A stretch of 64,000 nucleotides of DNA from Octopus vulgaris (taxonomy: Eukaryota), in contig OX597829.1 in assembly GCA_951406725.2 (NCBI GenBank), positions 16,120,001 to 16,184,000 of the forward strand, written 5' to 3'. The notes under the pieces are model-generated. The model had not been told where the DNA came from, made no database searches, and was given only the letters and a program-made list of their open reading frames with translations. Both the position numbers and the translations under genes were made by a program. Below are positions 38,030 to 51,616 of this stretch, piece by piece (positions within the stretch are counted from its first letter, which is position 1; the number at the start of each line of letters is the position of its first letter).

Positions 38030-39123
38030 CAAGATGCATTCCAGAAAGTTTGAAACTTTTTTTAGGAGAGGCAGTTATAATTGTTGTAAATTATTGTAAT
38101 TTTAGTACATCATTATTATATATCTAATGAGTTGATCCTCCAGTTGTTACTCAGACTGAAGGAGATGGCTATAACTTTGAACACACCCTTCTAAACATTG
38201 CTTGTCACAGTTAATACGCTGAATGCAATTGGGACATTTGGAAGCTCATTATGCAATAAAGTTTTGTGTGATACTGGGCAATAATGCTTCTGAAAAACTT
38301 ATTGAATGATCCAGATTGCTTATGGATTAACTTGTGTCAGCTGAACATCTGTTTTTGCTGGCACAAGCGGCCAAGCAAATTAAGTCTACCTATTTCTTTA
38401 CTACCCACAAGGAGCTAAACACAGAGGGGACAAACAAGGGCAGACAAACGGATTAAGTCGATTATATCAACACCAGTGCATAACTGGTACTTATTTAATC
38501 GACCCGAAAGGATGAAAGGCAAAGTCAACCTCGGCGGAATTTGAACTCAGAACGTAACGACAGACGAAATACCGCTGAGCATTTCACCCAGCGTGCTAAC
38601 GATTCTGCCAGCTCACCGCAAATTAAGTCTACCATGAAGTTCGTGGTGATCCTGTTTTTCAACAGCAAGGACATCATCTACATCCAAAGGATTCCTTCTG
38701 GCCAGATTGTCAACAAAAAGTACCTTTTGAGGGTTTTAAGGAAGTTCATGAAAAGATTTCATTGCAAAAGGTCAGAGCACATGTTCTAGGATAATGGACC
38801 AGTCCATAAATCCATCCTGGTAACCAACAATTTGACAGAAATGGACATCAAAACTGTCACTCACTCACCCTATAGTCCAAACCTTGCTTTCTGTGACTTT
38901 TGGTTGCTTCCAAAGTTGAAGAAGATGAAGGAAGCTGTGACAAGGGTCCTGGACACCTTCACTTCGGAGGACCTCTATAAGGTCCTGATGAAATGGCTGA
39001 ATTACTTCAACATGTGCATTGAAGACAGAGGCTCTTACTTCGAAAGAGATTAGAGTTTTGTATTCTATTTGAAATTAAGAAATCTCTTCTGAAAAAGTTT
39101 CAGAATTTCTGGAATACATCTTG
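38030..39123 (+). mobile_element. Internally deleted mariner element with both TIRs, carrying a nested SINE A
   Basis: TIRs caagatgcattccagaaagtttgaaacttttt / aaaaagtttcagaatttctggaatacatcttg and peptide HSPYSPNLAFCDFWLLPKLK. The SINE at 38391-38617 is flanked by the 16-bp TSD gcaaattaagtctacc. Confidence 0.9.
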
Positions 39124-39414
39124 CGTGTGTATGTGTGTGTGTACACATGCACACACATCATTATTATGATCATCATCAATGGTATATACATATTTTTCTA
39201 TTCTTTTATTTGTTTCAGTCATTTGACTGCAGCCATGAATGAGCACTGCCTGTAGTTGAGCAAATCGACCCCAGGACTTATTCAACTCCAGTACTTATTC
39301 TATCAGTCTCTCTTGCCGAACTGCTAAGTTGCAAAGAAGCAAACACACCAGCATCGGTTGTCAAGCGATGTGGGGGGAGGGGGAACAAACACAGACACAC
39401 AAACATATATATAC

Positions 39415-39464
<50 letters not shown>

Positions 39465-39897
39465 GACAGGCTTCTTTCAGTTTCCGTCTACCAAGTCCAC
39501 TCACAAGGTTTTGGTAGGCCCGAGGCTATAGTAGAAGACACTTGCCCAAAGTGCCACACAGTGGGACTGAACCCGGAACCATGTGGTTGGTAAGCAAGCT
39601 ACTTACCACACAGCCACTCCTAGGTTTAGTCCATGTTTCTGATTCAGTGACACATTGGGCAAATGTCTTCTGACCAAAGCCCAGTGAGTGCATGTGAGGG
39701 GATTTGGAAGACAGAAACTGAAAGAAGCCACTACACATGTGCGTGTGTATATGTGTGTGTATACAAGTATTTGTGTGAGTGTATCTTTGTGTTTATGTTG
39801 TTGCTGTATCCCATACCACTGCTTGACAATCAGAGTTGGTTTGTTTATGCACCCATAACTTAGCAGTTTGGCAAAAGTAACTGATAGAATAAGTATT

Positions 39898-40116
39898 AGG
39901 CGAGCTGGCAGAAACGTTAGCATGCCGGGCAATATGCTTAGTGGTATTTTGTCAGCCACTACTTTCTGAGTTCAAATTCCGCAGAAGTCGACTTTGCCTT
40001 TCATCCTTTCGGGATCGATTAAATAAGTACCAGTTACGCACTGGGGTCGATATAATCGACTTAATCTGTTTGTCTGTCCTCTGTGTGTTTAGCACCTTGT
40101 GGGTAGTAAAGAAATA
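39898..40116 (+). mobile_element. SINE family A inserted into a family B copy
   Basis: TSD agaataagtattaggc on both sides. Confidence 0.85.
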
Positions 40117-40686
40117 AGAATAAGTATTAGGCTTTAAAAAAAAATAAGTACTGGGGTCAATTCATTCTTCTAAAAGCCTTCAGTCTGGTGCCCCAGCATG
40201 GCTGTAGTCCAATGACTGAAACAAGAGATAAAAGATGTAAAAGAACGTTTTTTTTGTTGTTGTTTATCGCCCCCTACCACCCCCTAATCAGTTGTTAACC
40301 TTTGATCTCTTGTTCAGTCAAGTATTTACCAACCTCTTTACTTAGCCTTCATTACAGCAGAGTAATCTTATTCACGACTATAAAATACAAAAATGTTTCC
40401 AAGTGCTTCCTTTACTATTGGTGATTGGTTGTGATGTGTTTGTTTATAAGGGTCATATAAATGTAGCACTGAGAAGATTTGATGAGACACAAATTTGCTT
40501 TTCTAATTGTTGTTGTCATCATCATCATCATCATCATTAATTAACATTCATTCCCTATGTTGGTTTAAGTCAGACAACTGAGTCAAGCTCAAGTATCTGC
40601 TTTAGCATGATTTCTATGGTTAGATATCCTTCCCAAGGCCAACCACTCTACAGAGTGCATTGGGTGCTTTTTATGTGGCAGTGGCA

Positions 40687-41379
40687 TTAACCCTTTAGCA
40701 TTCAGATTAACTTATTAAAAGTAATGTTTACTCTTACTCTTTTACTCTTTTACTTGTTTCAGTCATTTGACTGCGGCCATGCTGGAGCACCACCTTTAAT
40801 CGAGCAACTTGACCCCGGGACTTATTCTTTTGTAAGCCCAGTACTTATTCTATCGGTCTCTTTTGCCGAACCACTAAGTAACGGGGACATAAACACACCA
40901 GCATCGGTTGTCAAGCAATGCTAGGAGGACAAACACAGACACACAAACACACACATATATATATATACATATATACAACAGTTTCCGTCTACCAAATCCA
41001 CTCACAAGGCTTTGGTTGGCCCGAGGCTATAGTAGAAGACACTTGCCCAGGGTGCCACGCAGTGGGACTGAACCCAGAACCATGTGGTTGGTAGACAAGC
41101 TACTTACCACACAGCCACTTCTGCGCCTATGTATCCATATCTTTAAAAATGAATCACGTATCATCTTGTAGCTTCAAGATTTTGAAGATGTAATCATTTA
41201 ATTTTAGAATGACATTATAGGGTAGGTGGGAGAGACTGGATCTGGCCAGTTTGAACATAAAACAGGTACCCATTTGGGCCGGATATGGCCGGTTTAAATG
41301 TGAATCATCATCATCATTGTTCGACTGTGGTCGAGACAATGGAATTTACCATGCTACGCCAGACTTGTTAAAGGGTTAA
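40687..41379. mobile_element. piggyBac-type MITE split by a nested SINE B (40728-41128) and an RTE tail
   Basis: TTAA-CCC...GGG-TTAA ends. The internal sequence matches 37203-37426 in reverse. Confidence 0.8.
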
Positions 41380-42543
41380 TCAGGTAACTAAGTAACATGC
41401 AAGACTAGACCCCACCCTCAAACAAGTGGGGTGAGTAGTATTGAGGGAGGCAGCATTGTGCCAAGTGATGTGTATGAAAAGGGTAACAGGAATAAGAGTA
41501 TTGTCATAGAGGCGATACACGGTTACCCATGTTGGAAAGATTATATTACATATCTATTTATATAATTGGATTATTATCACCATTTAACATCCATTTTTCA
41601 TGTTGGTATGGATTGGCAAGCTGGCAGAACCTTTAGCACACCGGGGCGAAATGCGTAGCCGTATTTCGTCTGCCGCTACATTCTGAGTTCAAATTCAGCC
41701 GAGGTCGACTTTGCCTTTCATGCTTTCAGGGTCGATTAGATAAGTACCTACATTGCTTGACCACTGATGGTGGTGTGTTTACGTCCCCGTAACTTAGCGG
41801 TTTGGCAAATAAGGCCGATAGAATAAGTACTAGGCTTACAAAGAATAAGTCCTGGGGTCGATTTGCTCGACTAAAGGCGGTGCTCCAGCATGGCTGCAGT
41901 CAAACGACTGAAACAAGTAAAAGAGTAAAAGAGAATATATGTGTGTGTATGTGTGTATGAGTGTGTGTATGTGTGCGTATATGTAAATATAGACATTTTT
42001 GTGCATATTTACACATACAAAGTGCCACAGGTATGTCTGTGTGGTTAAGTATTAACTTCATTCCAAACAGCAGTAAGTACTTTCCTCACCCAAATAGCAT
42101 ACAAAATTATTTAGATTTGTGAAATTTAAGAAATAAATTTCAGCCTCTGCAGACTGACATTAGTTTTCCAAGAATCTGTTTTCTATTTTTTTTTTTTTTC
42201 CACATGAGCTCATCTTTCCCAGTCTACCATTCCTGCTTCCACCACAGCAAAAGAGAAGCACTGTAATCTTGCATTTACTAGTTGTTCAAAACAAATATCA
42301 GCTGTATTCTTGGCCTATACACATGTTTGCTCAAATGAAAGTTTGTATAATTGATGGGATAAAGATATAATTGTTGTTGTTGTTGATAAGCCCAAATAGT
42401 GCAGGTGGTGACCTTAGTATATGAGGTGGCACAAAAATGTACTCAATACACTTGGTAAAGTGGTTGGCAATAAGAAGAGCATTCAGCTATAGAAACCATG
42501 CCAAAGCATACAGTAGCGCTTGACACAGTCCTCTAGTTCACCA

Positions 42544-42779
42544 AATCCAGGTAAAAAAGACACAGGTAAAAAAGTCACAGGTAAAAAAGTTACAGGTAAA
42601 AAAATCACATGGGTTTTGTCTGGGGGGGCGGTTTTATCTGGATCCTATAAATTAATTTTGAGTTTTTTTCCCATGACTTTATTACAGGCCACCATAAATT
42701 AATTCTGACTTTTTTTCCTAGCCAAGATTGTGACTTTATTACTGTGATTTATTTTCCTGTGACTTTATTACCGGTCACC
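42544..42779. mobile_element. Foldback-like MITE, same family as 36067-36244
   Basis: (aggtaaaaaagtcac)x4 at one end and inverted tgtgactttatt units at the other. Confidence 0.7.
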
Positions 42780-42976
42780 TATGACCCAGTCCTCTGGCTC
42801 ACCACCTCCTGTCAAACTACCCAATTGATGCCAGCATGGAAGGAGAATGTTAAATGATGATGAGAATCCAATTATATATATGTGTGTATATCAAATATAA
42901 TCTTCCTAATTGAGGTAGTTATGTATCTCATCTACTGCAAGACATCTATTTTTCTCCCTCCATTCTTACTTTTTAT

Positions 42977-43365
42977 ATCTTTATTACCCACAAGGGGCTA
43001 AACATAGAGGGGACAAACAAGGACAGACAAAGGGATTAAGACGATTACATTGACCCCAGTGCATAACTGGTCCTTAATTTATCAACCCCGAAAGGATGAA
43101 AGGCAAAGTCAACCTCGGCAGAATTTGAACTCAGAACGTAGAGACAGACAAAATACCTATTTCTTTACTACACGACAAACAAGGACAGACAGACGGATTA
43201 TGTCTGTCTGTCTGTCCCAGTGCATAACTGGTACTTATTTAATCGACCCCGAAAGGATGAAAGGCAAAGTCAACCTGAGCGGAATTTGAACTCAGAACAT
43301 AGTGGTGGACTTTATACCGCAAAGCATTTCGCCCAGCGTGCTAACGTTTCTGCCAGCTCGCCACC
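42977..43365 (-). mobile_element. SINE family A head-to-tail dimer
   Basis: Two bodies and one head, with junction aaatacctatttctttacta. Confidence 0.85.
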
Positions 43366-43496
43366 TCTTCTTACTCTATTCTTACTTTTTGTCACATGGC
43401 ACAAAGCCACCTCTTTCAATTCTATTGAGGGGACTTATATTGCAAGTTACTCAGTAACCTCACTGCTGCTGGTGCTGTTGCTGTTACTGTTGAACA

Positions 43497-43855
43497 AATG
43501 GTCTTCGTCCCAGAGCTCGCAAGATGGGAGAAGTCCGAAACGTGGTCCTTTGCTATTCGTAAGACCTGCAGAAGAGAAAGCAGGTCAACCCCCGACACTG
43601 AGAGCATCGATGGATGGATGAATGTGCACCCAGGCTCAGCGTTTGCATAGGAAGTCTGGGACAAGAAACAGGAAGAAAGAGTGAGAGAAGGTTGGGGTGA
43701 AAGAGTACAACAGGGGTCGCCACCACCCACTGCTGGAGCGTTGTGGAGCTTTAGGTGTTTTTGCTCAATAAACACACAACACCTGGTCTGGGAATCGAAA
43801 CCGCGATCCTCCGACCGTGAGTCTGCTGCCCTAACCACTGGGCCATTGCGCCTCC
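43497..43855 (-). mobile_element. SINE family C, variant tail
   Basis: Tail matches 6441-6760. Confidence 0.8.
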
Positions 43856-44864
43856 TGCTGCTGGTGCTGTACACACACATTATGGGCTTCTTTCAGTTTC
43901 TGTCTACAAATTCACTCAAAAGGCTTTGGTTGGACTGAGTATAGTAGAAGATATTTGTCCATGATGCCACACAGTGAATTGAACCCAGAACGATGTGGTT
44001 GGGAAGTAAACATCTTACTACGTGTCCATGCCAGGGAAAATATGGTTAGGAAAATTACAGTCCAGAAGCAAAGGTGGCGGGGAATGATTCTTTATCAGTG
44101 TCATTTGGCAACTAATACTTTTACTAATGAGTAATGAGTTAATGAAGACGAAAGGAAGAGAGGTAAGGGTGGGTAAGTTTGATGGTAGCCAAGGTAACAG
44201 TATGGTGGGCTTACAACCACAGAAAGAGAAAAGTGAAAAGGGTTAAAAAGATCTGAGCTAGAAACAAGTAATAATTTGATAGTCAAATTATCATGCAGGC
44301 ATTCTGTAACAGGATATTAAAAAAAAATAATAAATAAATAAATAAAATATAAAAAAAAAAAAACAACAGAGTAAGATAATGTTTAAGAAATCTAGGACAA
44401 TTATAATTAGCAGGTCATGAATTTAATAACAGAATAATGAAGAATTGTTGAATATCTTCACTCCATGTGATGTAATGAGCTGCTGTTGTAGTGTAGCCTT
44501 CATTCATTTCTGATTTAGTAGATCAAAGGCATACAAACCCCTACCATTCTGTTTCTTTTTTTTACAGCTAGCTCTCTCTTCCTTCTTTCCTCTCTCTCTT
44601 TCTCTCTCCATCCAAGATAGCAGATAGCCGTGTATCTCCTTTATGACAAGACACCTATTTCTATCCTGCTATTCATACTCTCGTCCCCTGACATCAAAGT
44701 CACCTCCCTCAACACTACTTGCCCGTTCATTTGAGAAGTTTTTGTCTTGCAAGTTACTTAGTGACCTTATTATTGATGCTGGTGCCATGTAAAAAGCACT
44801 TAGTACACTCTGCAAAGTGGTTGGCGTTAGGAAGGACACCATTCAGACATAAATTGAAACTTTC

Positions 44865-45100
44865 TTATTCACAAAAATACACACACGTATAAAGAAATAT
44901 ACATCGCCATGATAGATCGTTAGCCACTACACACATTTTTTTCTCTCCTTGTTTTTTTCTGTGTCCCTTTCTGTAGAAGAGCGTAGGCTCGAAACGTAAA
45001 AGACTTTTTCTATTCCTGAGTGTTATACTAATACATCTGTTTGTTTTGTACACTACCTGTCTTTGTCTTTTGTTTTTTTCGTAAACTCTCCCTACATATA
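44865..45100 (+). repeat. Dispersed repeat (PLE pseudo-LTR-like) with a non-canonical hammerhead-like motif
   Basis: cttt-CTGTAGAA-GAGC-gtag-GCTC-GAA-ACGT-A-aaag at 44967-45002. A second copy of the repeat lies at about 63600-63785. Confidence 0.6.
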
Positions 45101-45989
45101 AATATAGATATGCTAGCATGGAAAGTGAACGCTAAACGATGATGATGATGTGTATGTATGTATGTATGTTGTTTATTCCCCCTCTCATTTACCTTCCTTT
45201 TTCTTGCTCCCCATCTCTCACATTTCTTGGCCCTCTCTTTCATTAACTCTCACTATTTCCCACTCATTTATCTCCCCTATACCTTTCTCTTTGTCTCTAA
45301 TTTTTTTCTAATCCTTTAATCCCGCTGTCTCCTACCCATCTCTCCTCCTTCCACGTGACCTGTGTCCGGCCAGCCATGATCTTTCTTTCTTGGCCTGACT
45401 GCGGACCATCAACACCTCTTGTGTTCATCTCCTATCTTCCTGCCTTTAGGCTTTCACTTCATACATGCCAGCTTAATTTGATTCATTCTCAGTCGAAAGA
45501 CACCTGTTGTTATTTCTTGTTGTTTGTATTCGTAATTATGTACCATGTTTTCTGCTTTTTGTTTATTTGTTTTTGATTTTGTTTTTGTTGCCATACACAT
45601 ACACTAGCTTTCTTACAAAGGGGTCTAATGCTCTTAGCCTAGATTTGTTGGGGACAACCAGATCGAACCACCTCAAGAGTAACTGCCCGAAATAGTCATG
45701 ACTTCTGGGACTTGACTGATGAAAGAAAGTCAGAGATGAAAGAAAGGTGGAGAGAGCAAGAAAGGCAGAGGGAGAGACAGGTGGGGAGACAGGCAAGCAT
45801 GCAGGTAGACACAGAAAACAGAAATCCAAACTGAATCCAGAATTGAAAAAAATTAATGAAAAAATAATCTATATTTTGTTTTATATTTTATGCAATAATT
45901 TATTTATTTTTAGTTTCCATTCTTATTTTTTTTACTTGTAAAATTTAATAATTTCTATGGAAAAAAATAAAAATAAAGCAGGTACATAC

Positions 45990-46106
45990 CTTCTCGTAGC
46001 ATGCCTACACTTAAACATTTTTGAAATCGGCATGCTTGGCAAGCTTTTCGCCTTCGTTTTGTTATTTCACAGTCACTGTTGGCTGGACAGGAATATTCAA
46101 TGTTAC
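45990..46106 (-). CDS. ERR: Estrogen-related receptor (NR3B) exon: second zinc finger of the DNA-binding domain
   Basis: 117-nt exon with acceptor ttttcctacatttag| and donor |gtatgt, phase 1-1. Translates (G)[38 protein letters not shown](G), a C4 finger with the ERR-type EITKRRRK motif. Confidence 0.97.
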
Positions 46107-46269
46107 CTAAATGTAGGAAAACAAAAAGAAAAAAATGTATATTCAGAATATATATGGGTGAGTATAGAACTGTATGAATATGTAATTGTGTATATTGACA
46201 ATGCAGAATTTCCTCTACCGCAACTTAATTTCTAGGACTGGCAAAATACCTGTATATATATATATAGGT

Positions 46270-46790
46270 GGGTATATTAGTGTATTGGGAGTGCCATATA
46301 TACTTACCGATTACTCATCTTATCATAGTGTAAAATGTTTTATGATTTGATTAAAGAAAAATTTACAGATTGATTGTTATATTTAGTGACAATATTTTAC
46401 ATATATTTACAATTCAAAATGGCCACCCTTTGCTTTCACTATTAACTCTTAATCTTTTATCAGCTGCATTGCTACCCCTTTCGTCATCTTCTTGCTCCTT
46501 CGTGAATTTCTCTTCAAACTCTTATTGATGGCTTCAATGATTCTTCTGGAATTGGATTTGGCAAGGTTGCTTGCATTTACTCTTTTACTCTTTTACTTCA
46601 GTCATGTGATTGTGGCCATGCTGGAGCATCACCTTTAGTCCAGCAAATCGACCCCAGAACTTATTCTTTGTAGGCCTAGTACTTATTCTATCGGTCTCTT
46701 TTGCCGAACCACTAAGTTACGGGGATGTAAACACACCAGCATCGGTTGTCAAGTGATGTTGGGGGGACAAACACAGACACACAAACACAC

Positions 46791-46829
<39 letters not shown>

Positions 46830-47817
46830 TATACATATATACAATGGGCTTCTTTCAGTTTCCGTCTACCAAATCCATTCACAAGGCTTTGGTCGGCCCG
46901 AGGCTATAGTAGAAAACACTTGCCCAAGGTGCCATGCAGCCACTCCCCACTCCTGAAATTTTTTCCACACATTAAGAACAGTATTTTCTGCAAACATTCA
47001 ACTGTTTTATCACCTCACAGTTCTTTATTGGGAGCTGTATAAACATTTAACCATTATTCAGACGAAAGTTGAAACATTCTTATTCACGAAAATAGTTGAA
47101 AATGTTACACATGGTGCAGCATATGCATTCTCCCGTTATTCATTTAATCATATAATAGTTCTAAGTTATGGTTTATGAAAAGGTACAGGTTGAGTGTTAC
47201 ACTTAACGCAAATATTTTACATGTATTTTCAATTCAAAATGGCCACCTTTTGCTTTTATCATAGCCCTTACTCTTTTTCCACATTTTTCCACTTCTTCAC
47301 CACCTTTTTTTTTATTCAAAATGGATCACAACATTTTAAGAGCTTCTTTTTGGCTTGGCACATTTGAGTATGATATTGCCACTTCCAATATGGGCCACAT
47401 TGCAAAATCCTAGGATTGATAACAGGGCTTGAAGGAAGCCAAATGGACTTGTAAAAAAACCCTACAAACATGTTTCTTGGACCAACCCTTTGTTAAATTG
47501 GGTGTAGGTGCCAGGGTACTTTCTTGAGTAAAAATATAGTGACAGTTCGTAGCAGGAAAATCACTGAAGCTATCAATAGAGGGTGAAGAGAATCCAAAAG
47601 GGAACTTGAGGATAATGGTAAAGAGGTGATGAAAATGTCATGCACTTCTGTTGAGAAAAGATTAAGGGCAATGGTAAAAGCAAAGAGTGGTCATTTCAAG
47701 TTGTAAATAATGTAAAATATTATCAATAAATATAATGATCAACCTGTAAACTTTCATAAACCAAAACCTAAAGTTTTTCATTTTATGATAAAATGAATAA
47801 TGGGTAAATATATACAT
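46270..47817. mobile_element. Cluster of Tc1/mariner (maT-like) 3'-end relics in opposite orientations
   Basis: RLRAMVKAKSGHFKL* on the plus strand near 47660, reverse copies near 46410 and 47230, and WLPSSPVINP (decayed WPPSSPDLNP) on the minus strand near 47420. Confidence 0.7.
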
Positions 47818-48046
47818 ATTTCTTTACTACCCACAAGGGGCTAAACACAGAGGGGACAAACAAGGACAGACAAACAGATTAAGTTGATTATATCGACCCC
47901 AGTGCGTAACTGGTACTTAATTTATTGACCCCAAAAGGATGAAAGGCAAAGTCAACCTCGGCGGAATTTGAACTCAGAATGTAGCAGCAGATGAAATACG
48001 GCTACGCATTTCGTCCGGCGTGCTAACGTTTCTGCCAGCTCACTGC
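47818..48046 (-). mobile_element. SINE family A copy with TSD atgggtaaatatata
   Basis: Family motifs and a flanking direct repeat. Confidence 0.9.
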
Positions 48047-48537
48047 ATTTATGGGTAAATATATATGTCCCACTGGGTACAACATTTGTGACTATTTTTG
48101 TGAATAAAAAGTTTTGTTTTGCCTAGCTTTGAACGTATGTCCATACCTGCATCATTTAATACATGCATACATACATACATATACGTACATACATGCATAC
48201 ATACATACATACATACATATATGTACACATACACACACACACACACACAAGAGATCATAATTCAGGCTGTGCCAATTGGAAAGTGCATCTGCATATTCTA
48301 GCGAGAAGATTTACAATTAGCAGATATCCTACAAGTTTTATACATGTATGTATATTTCAATCATGAATTTACTATATTCATATTGTTATCAATATTGATA
48401 TCTATATTCATAAAATTTATTTCTCATCTTGTAATGAAACATATGTAACACAGAATTAAAATGGTACCACATATTTCAGTCTTTGCTTTTATGTGTGTGT
48501 GTGTGTGTGTGTGTCTATATATATATATATGTGTGTG

Positions 48538-48835
48538 TGGAGGCGCAATGGCCCAGTGGTTAGGGCAGCAGACTCACGATTGTATGATCGCGGTTTCGAT
48601 TCCCAGACCAGGCGTTGTGAGTGTTTATTGAGCAAAAATACCCAAAGCTCCATGAGGCTCTGGCAGGGGGTGGTGGCGATCCCTGCTGTACTCTTTCGCC
48701 ACAACTTTCTCTCACTCTTTCTTCTGTTGGCCTGCTCGCTTAGCCAGCGGGGTGGCATCATTTGAAGGCTAAAACAATGTGAAGCGCATTGTGACCAGCG
48801 ATGTTTAGCAACATCTCATAGCATGGTCGGTCACG

Positions 48836-48840
<5 letters not shown>
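48538..48840 (+). mobile_element. SINE family C copy
   Basis: Family motifs. Confidence 0.85.
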
Positions 48841-48906
<66 letters not shown>

Positions 48907-49319
48907 CTAAAAAGTTTGCCTGTTTTACTACCATTTGATGAAGATGATAAAGATTACAAATAAAATAGTCATTTCCAACTTTAAGAAAAAATAATGGAAT
49001 TGAAAATGTTGACATTTCAAAGAGCCATCGCAGCTAACCATTTTCTGTGCTTTTTCCTTACTTTCCTTTTTTATATAATTATTTATATAATTTTCGAGTA
49101 CCATGGACTGAAATTTTTATGTGATATTTTTGGAATTACAGGTACATAATTACTATTTTATTTAAAATACAATACTTATCTTTATCATCTTAATCAAAAG
49201 GTAGAAAAACAGAGAGATTATCTCTTTATAGATGAAGGACAAAGTTGTGATGGAAGGAGTTGAATCACATAATAATGAGAAAACAAACAGCAACAAATGA
49301 GTTGTATTTTATAATGAAA

Positions 49320-50277
49320 CTTTTTCTAAGAGCATTCAAATGTCATTGCAACATTGAAATCGTTGCCTCAGTAAATATGTCATCAAGTACATGCTGAAAG
49401 GAAATGACTAAGCTGCTGTTGAAATGAACAATGATAACGAAATTAGTCAGTATCTAATGAGTAGGTATACGGACCATCTGAAGCAGTTGCATCCGTTTTA
49501 GGATTTTCAATTCATGAAAGGGAACATCTGCAATATTGAGACTGCAAGTCCATCTACCTGATGAATAAAGAATCATCATCACCGTCATCGTCATCATCAT
49601 CATCATCGGTAAACGTCCGCTTTCTATGCTAGCATGGGTTGGACGGTTCGACCAGGGTCTGTGAAGCCAGGAGACTGCACCAGGCTCCAGTCTGATCCGG
49701 CAGTGTTTCTACAGTTGGATGCCCTTCCTAATGCCAACCACTCCGTGGGTGTAGTGGGTGCTTTTTACATGCCACTGGCACAGATGCCGGTCAAGGCGGT
49801 GCTGGCATCGGTCACGTTCAGATGGTGCATTTTACGTGCCACCAGCATGGGTATTACAACTACAATTTCTATTTGATTTTGATTTTTGATGTTGATGAAT
49901 AAAAAATACTGCTCAGAAATAATGAGGATATATATGACTGTCAATGAACAACATACGACAGAATTCTTTTCATTGTGCATCAATGATCACTTTGCAAAAA
50001 CATTACTTTATGCTGAAGTACCCATATATTACAGTTGGAATGGCAGTAACAAAAAACAGCAAAGAAGAAAGCAAGGTAAAAAGTTGAAGACTATTTGAAC
50101 ATTATCAAAGAAGAACACTTGCTCATGTTTATGTTGTCACACCAAAGACAAGAGAACTGTATTATTTAAGAATTTTATTGCATAAAGTTCAAAATAGTAT
50201 TTTTCCCTTTCCTACTGTGCATCAGCATTATCAACTTGCAGTGGTTGTGACACTATGGGTCGTGGCGGATACATCTA

Positions 50278-50278
<1 letters not shown>
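49320..50278 (+). mobile_element. Decayed Helitron RepHel fragment with possible CTAG 3' end, interrupted by a family D copy
   Basis: IKYMLKGND*A...NEISQYLMSRY..PSEAV..LGFSIHER..LRLQVHLPDE and TEFFSLCINDHFAKTLLYAEVPIYYSW..RRKQG..VYVVTPKTRELYYLRILLHKV. CTAG|T at 50275-50279. Confidence 0.8.
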
Positions 50279-50316
<38 letters not shown>

Positions 50317-50709
50317 TATGTATACAAAAACCTTTTGTATTATAATGCAAAGGGCCATGGAAAGCGCATTGTGACTAGCGATGTGTAGCAACATCTGATA
50401 GCCTGTTCGGTCACAGTGATCATGGTGATATATGTATATATATATATGTATGTATGTATGTAAGTTTGTGTGTCTGTGTTTGTCCCCCCACCGTCACTTG
50501 ACAACCGATGTTGGTGTGTCTACGTCCCCATACCTTAGCGGTTCAGCAAAATAAACCGGTAGAATAAGTTCTAGGCTTACAAAAGAATACGTCCTGGGGT
50601 TGATTTGTTCAACCAAATGACTGAAACAAAGAAAAGGAAAGCTAGCCCGTGCCAGTGGCATGTAAAAAGCACCCATTTCATTCTCAAAGTGGTTGGCATT
50701 AATATCATT

Positions 50710-51420
50710 ACACAAGCATATTTGAAATGAGATAATTTGAGAATGGAGTGGAGTAAACAAGGTGATCACAGAATACCAAATGTACAAGTCCTTCTGGGTC
50801 AGACAAGTCACAATGTTCGTAGATAGCAAGCAGCTGAACCCATGCAGTTGTCAAGTGGTATCTGAAAGATTGAAAGGCGGCGAGCTGGCAGAAACGTTAG
50901 TACACCGGGCGAAATGCTTTGTGGTATTTCAACTGCCGTTATGTTGTGAGTTCAAATTCTGCCGAGGTCGGCTTTGCCTTTCATCCTTTTGGGGTCGATA
51001 AATTAAGTACCAGTTACGCACTGGGGTCGATGTAATCGACTTAATACCTATGTCTTTCCTTGTTTGTCCCCTCTATGTTTAGCCCCTTGTGGGTAGAAAA
51101 GAAATAGGTATTTCGTCTGCCACTGCGTTCTGAGTTCAAATTCTGCTGAGGTCGACTTTGCCTTTCATCCTTTTGGGGTCAATAAATTAAGTACCAGTTA
51201 TGCACTGGGCTCGATGTAATTGGCTTAATACCTATGTCTGTCCTTGTTTGTCCCCTCTATGTTTAGCCCCTTGTGGGTAATAATGCAATAGGTATCTGAG
51301 AGATTGGAAAAGGCTACTTGGAAGGTCTCCACAATGATTGGAAGATGATTTAGTTAAACAATTTGGACCAAGATGGAAAAGAAGGGTGCAATCAAGAATC
51401 GGAAGAGCATTGTGATCATT
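50710..51420 (+). mobile_element. Decayed RTE 3' fragment interrupted by a SINE A dimer (50875-51288)
   Basis: HI*NEII*EWSGVNKVITE..KSFWVRQV..WYLRDWKRLLGR. The duplicated target ggtatctga(a/g)agattg flanks the dimer. Confidence 0.7.
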
Positions 51421-51524
51421 GATGTATAACATCTGATAGTCTGGTCAATACAGTGCTAATATATATACACACACACACACACACTCATCATACACACAGA
51501 CACACCATCATATGTTAACATACT

Positions 51525-51560
<36 letters not shown>

Positions 51561-51566
51561 TGTGTA

Positions 51567-51616
<50 letters not shown>

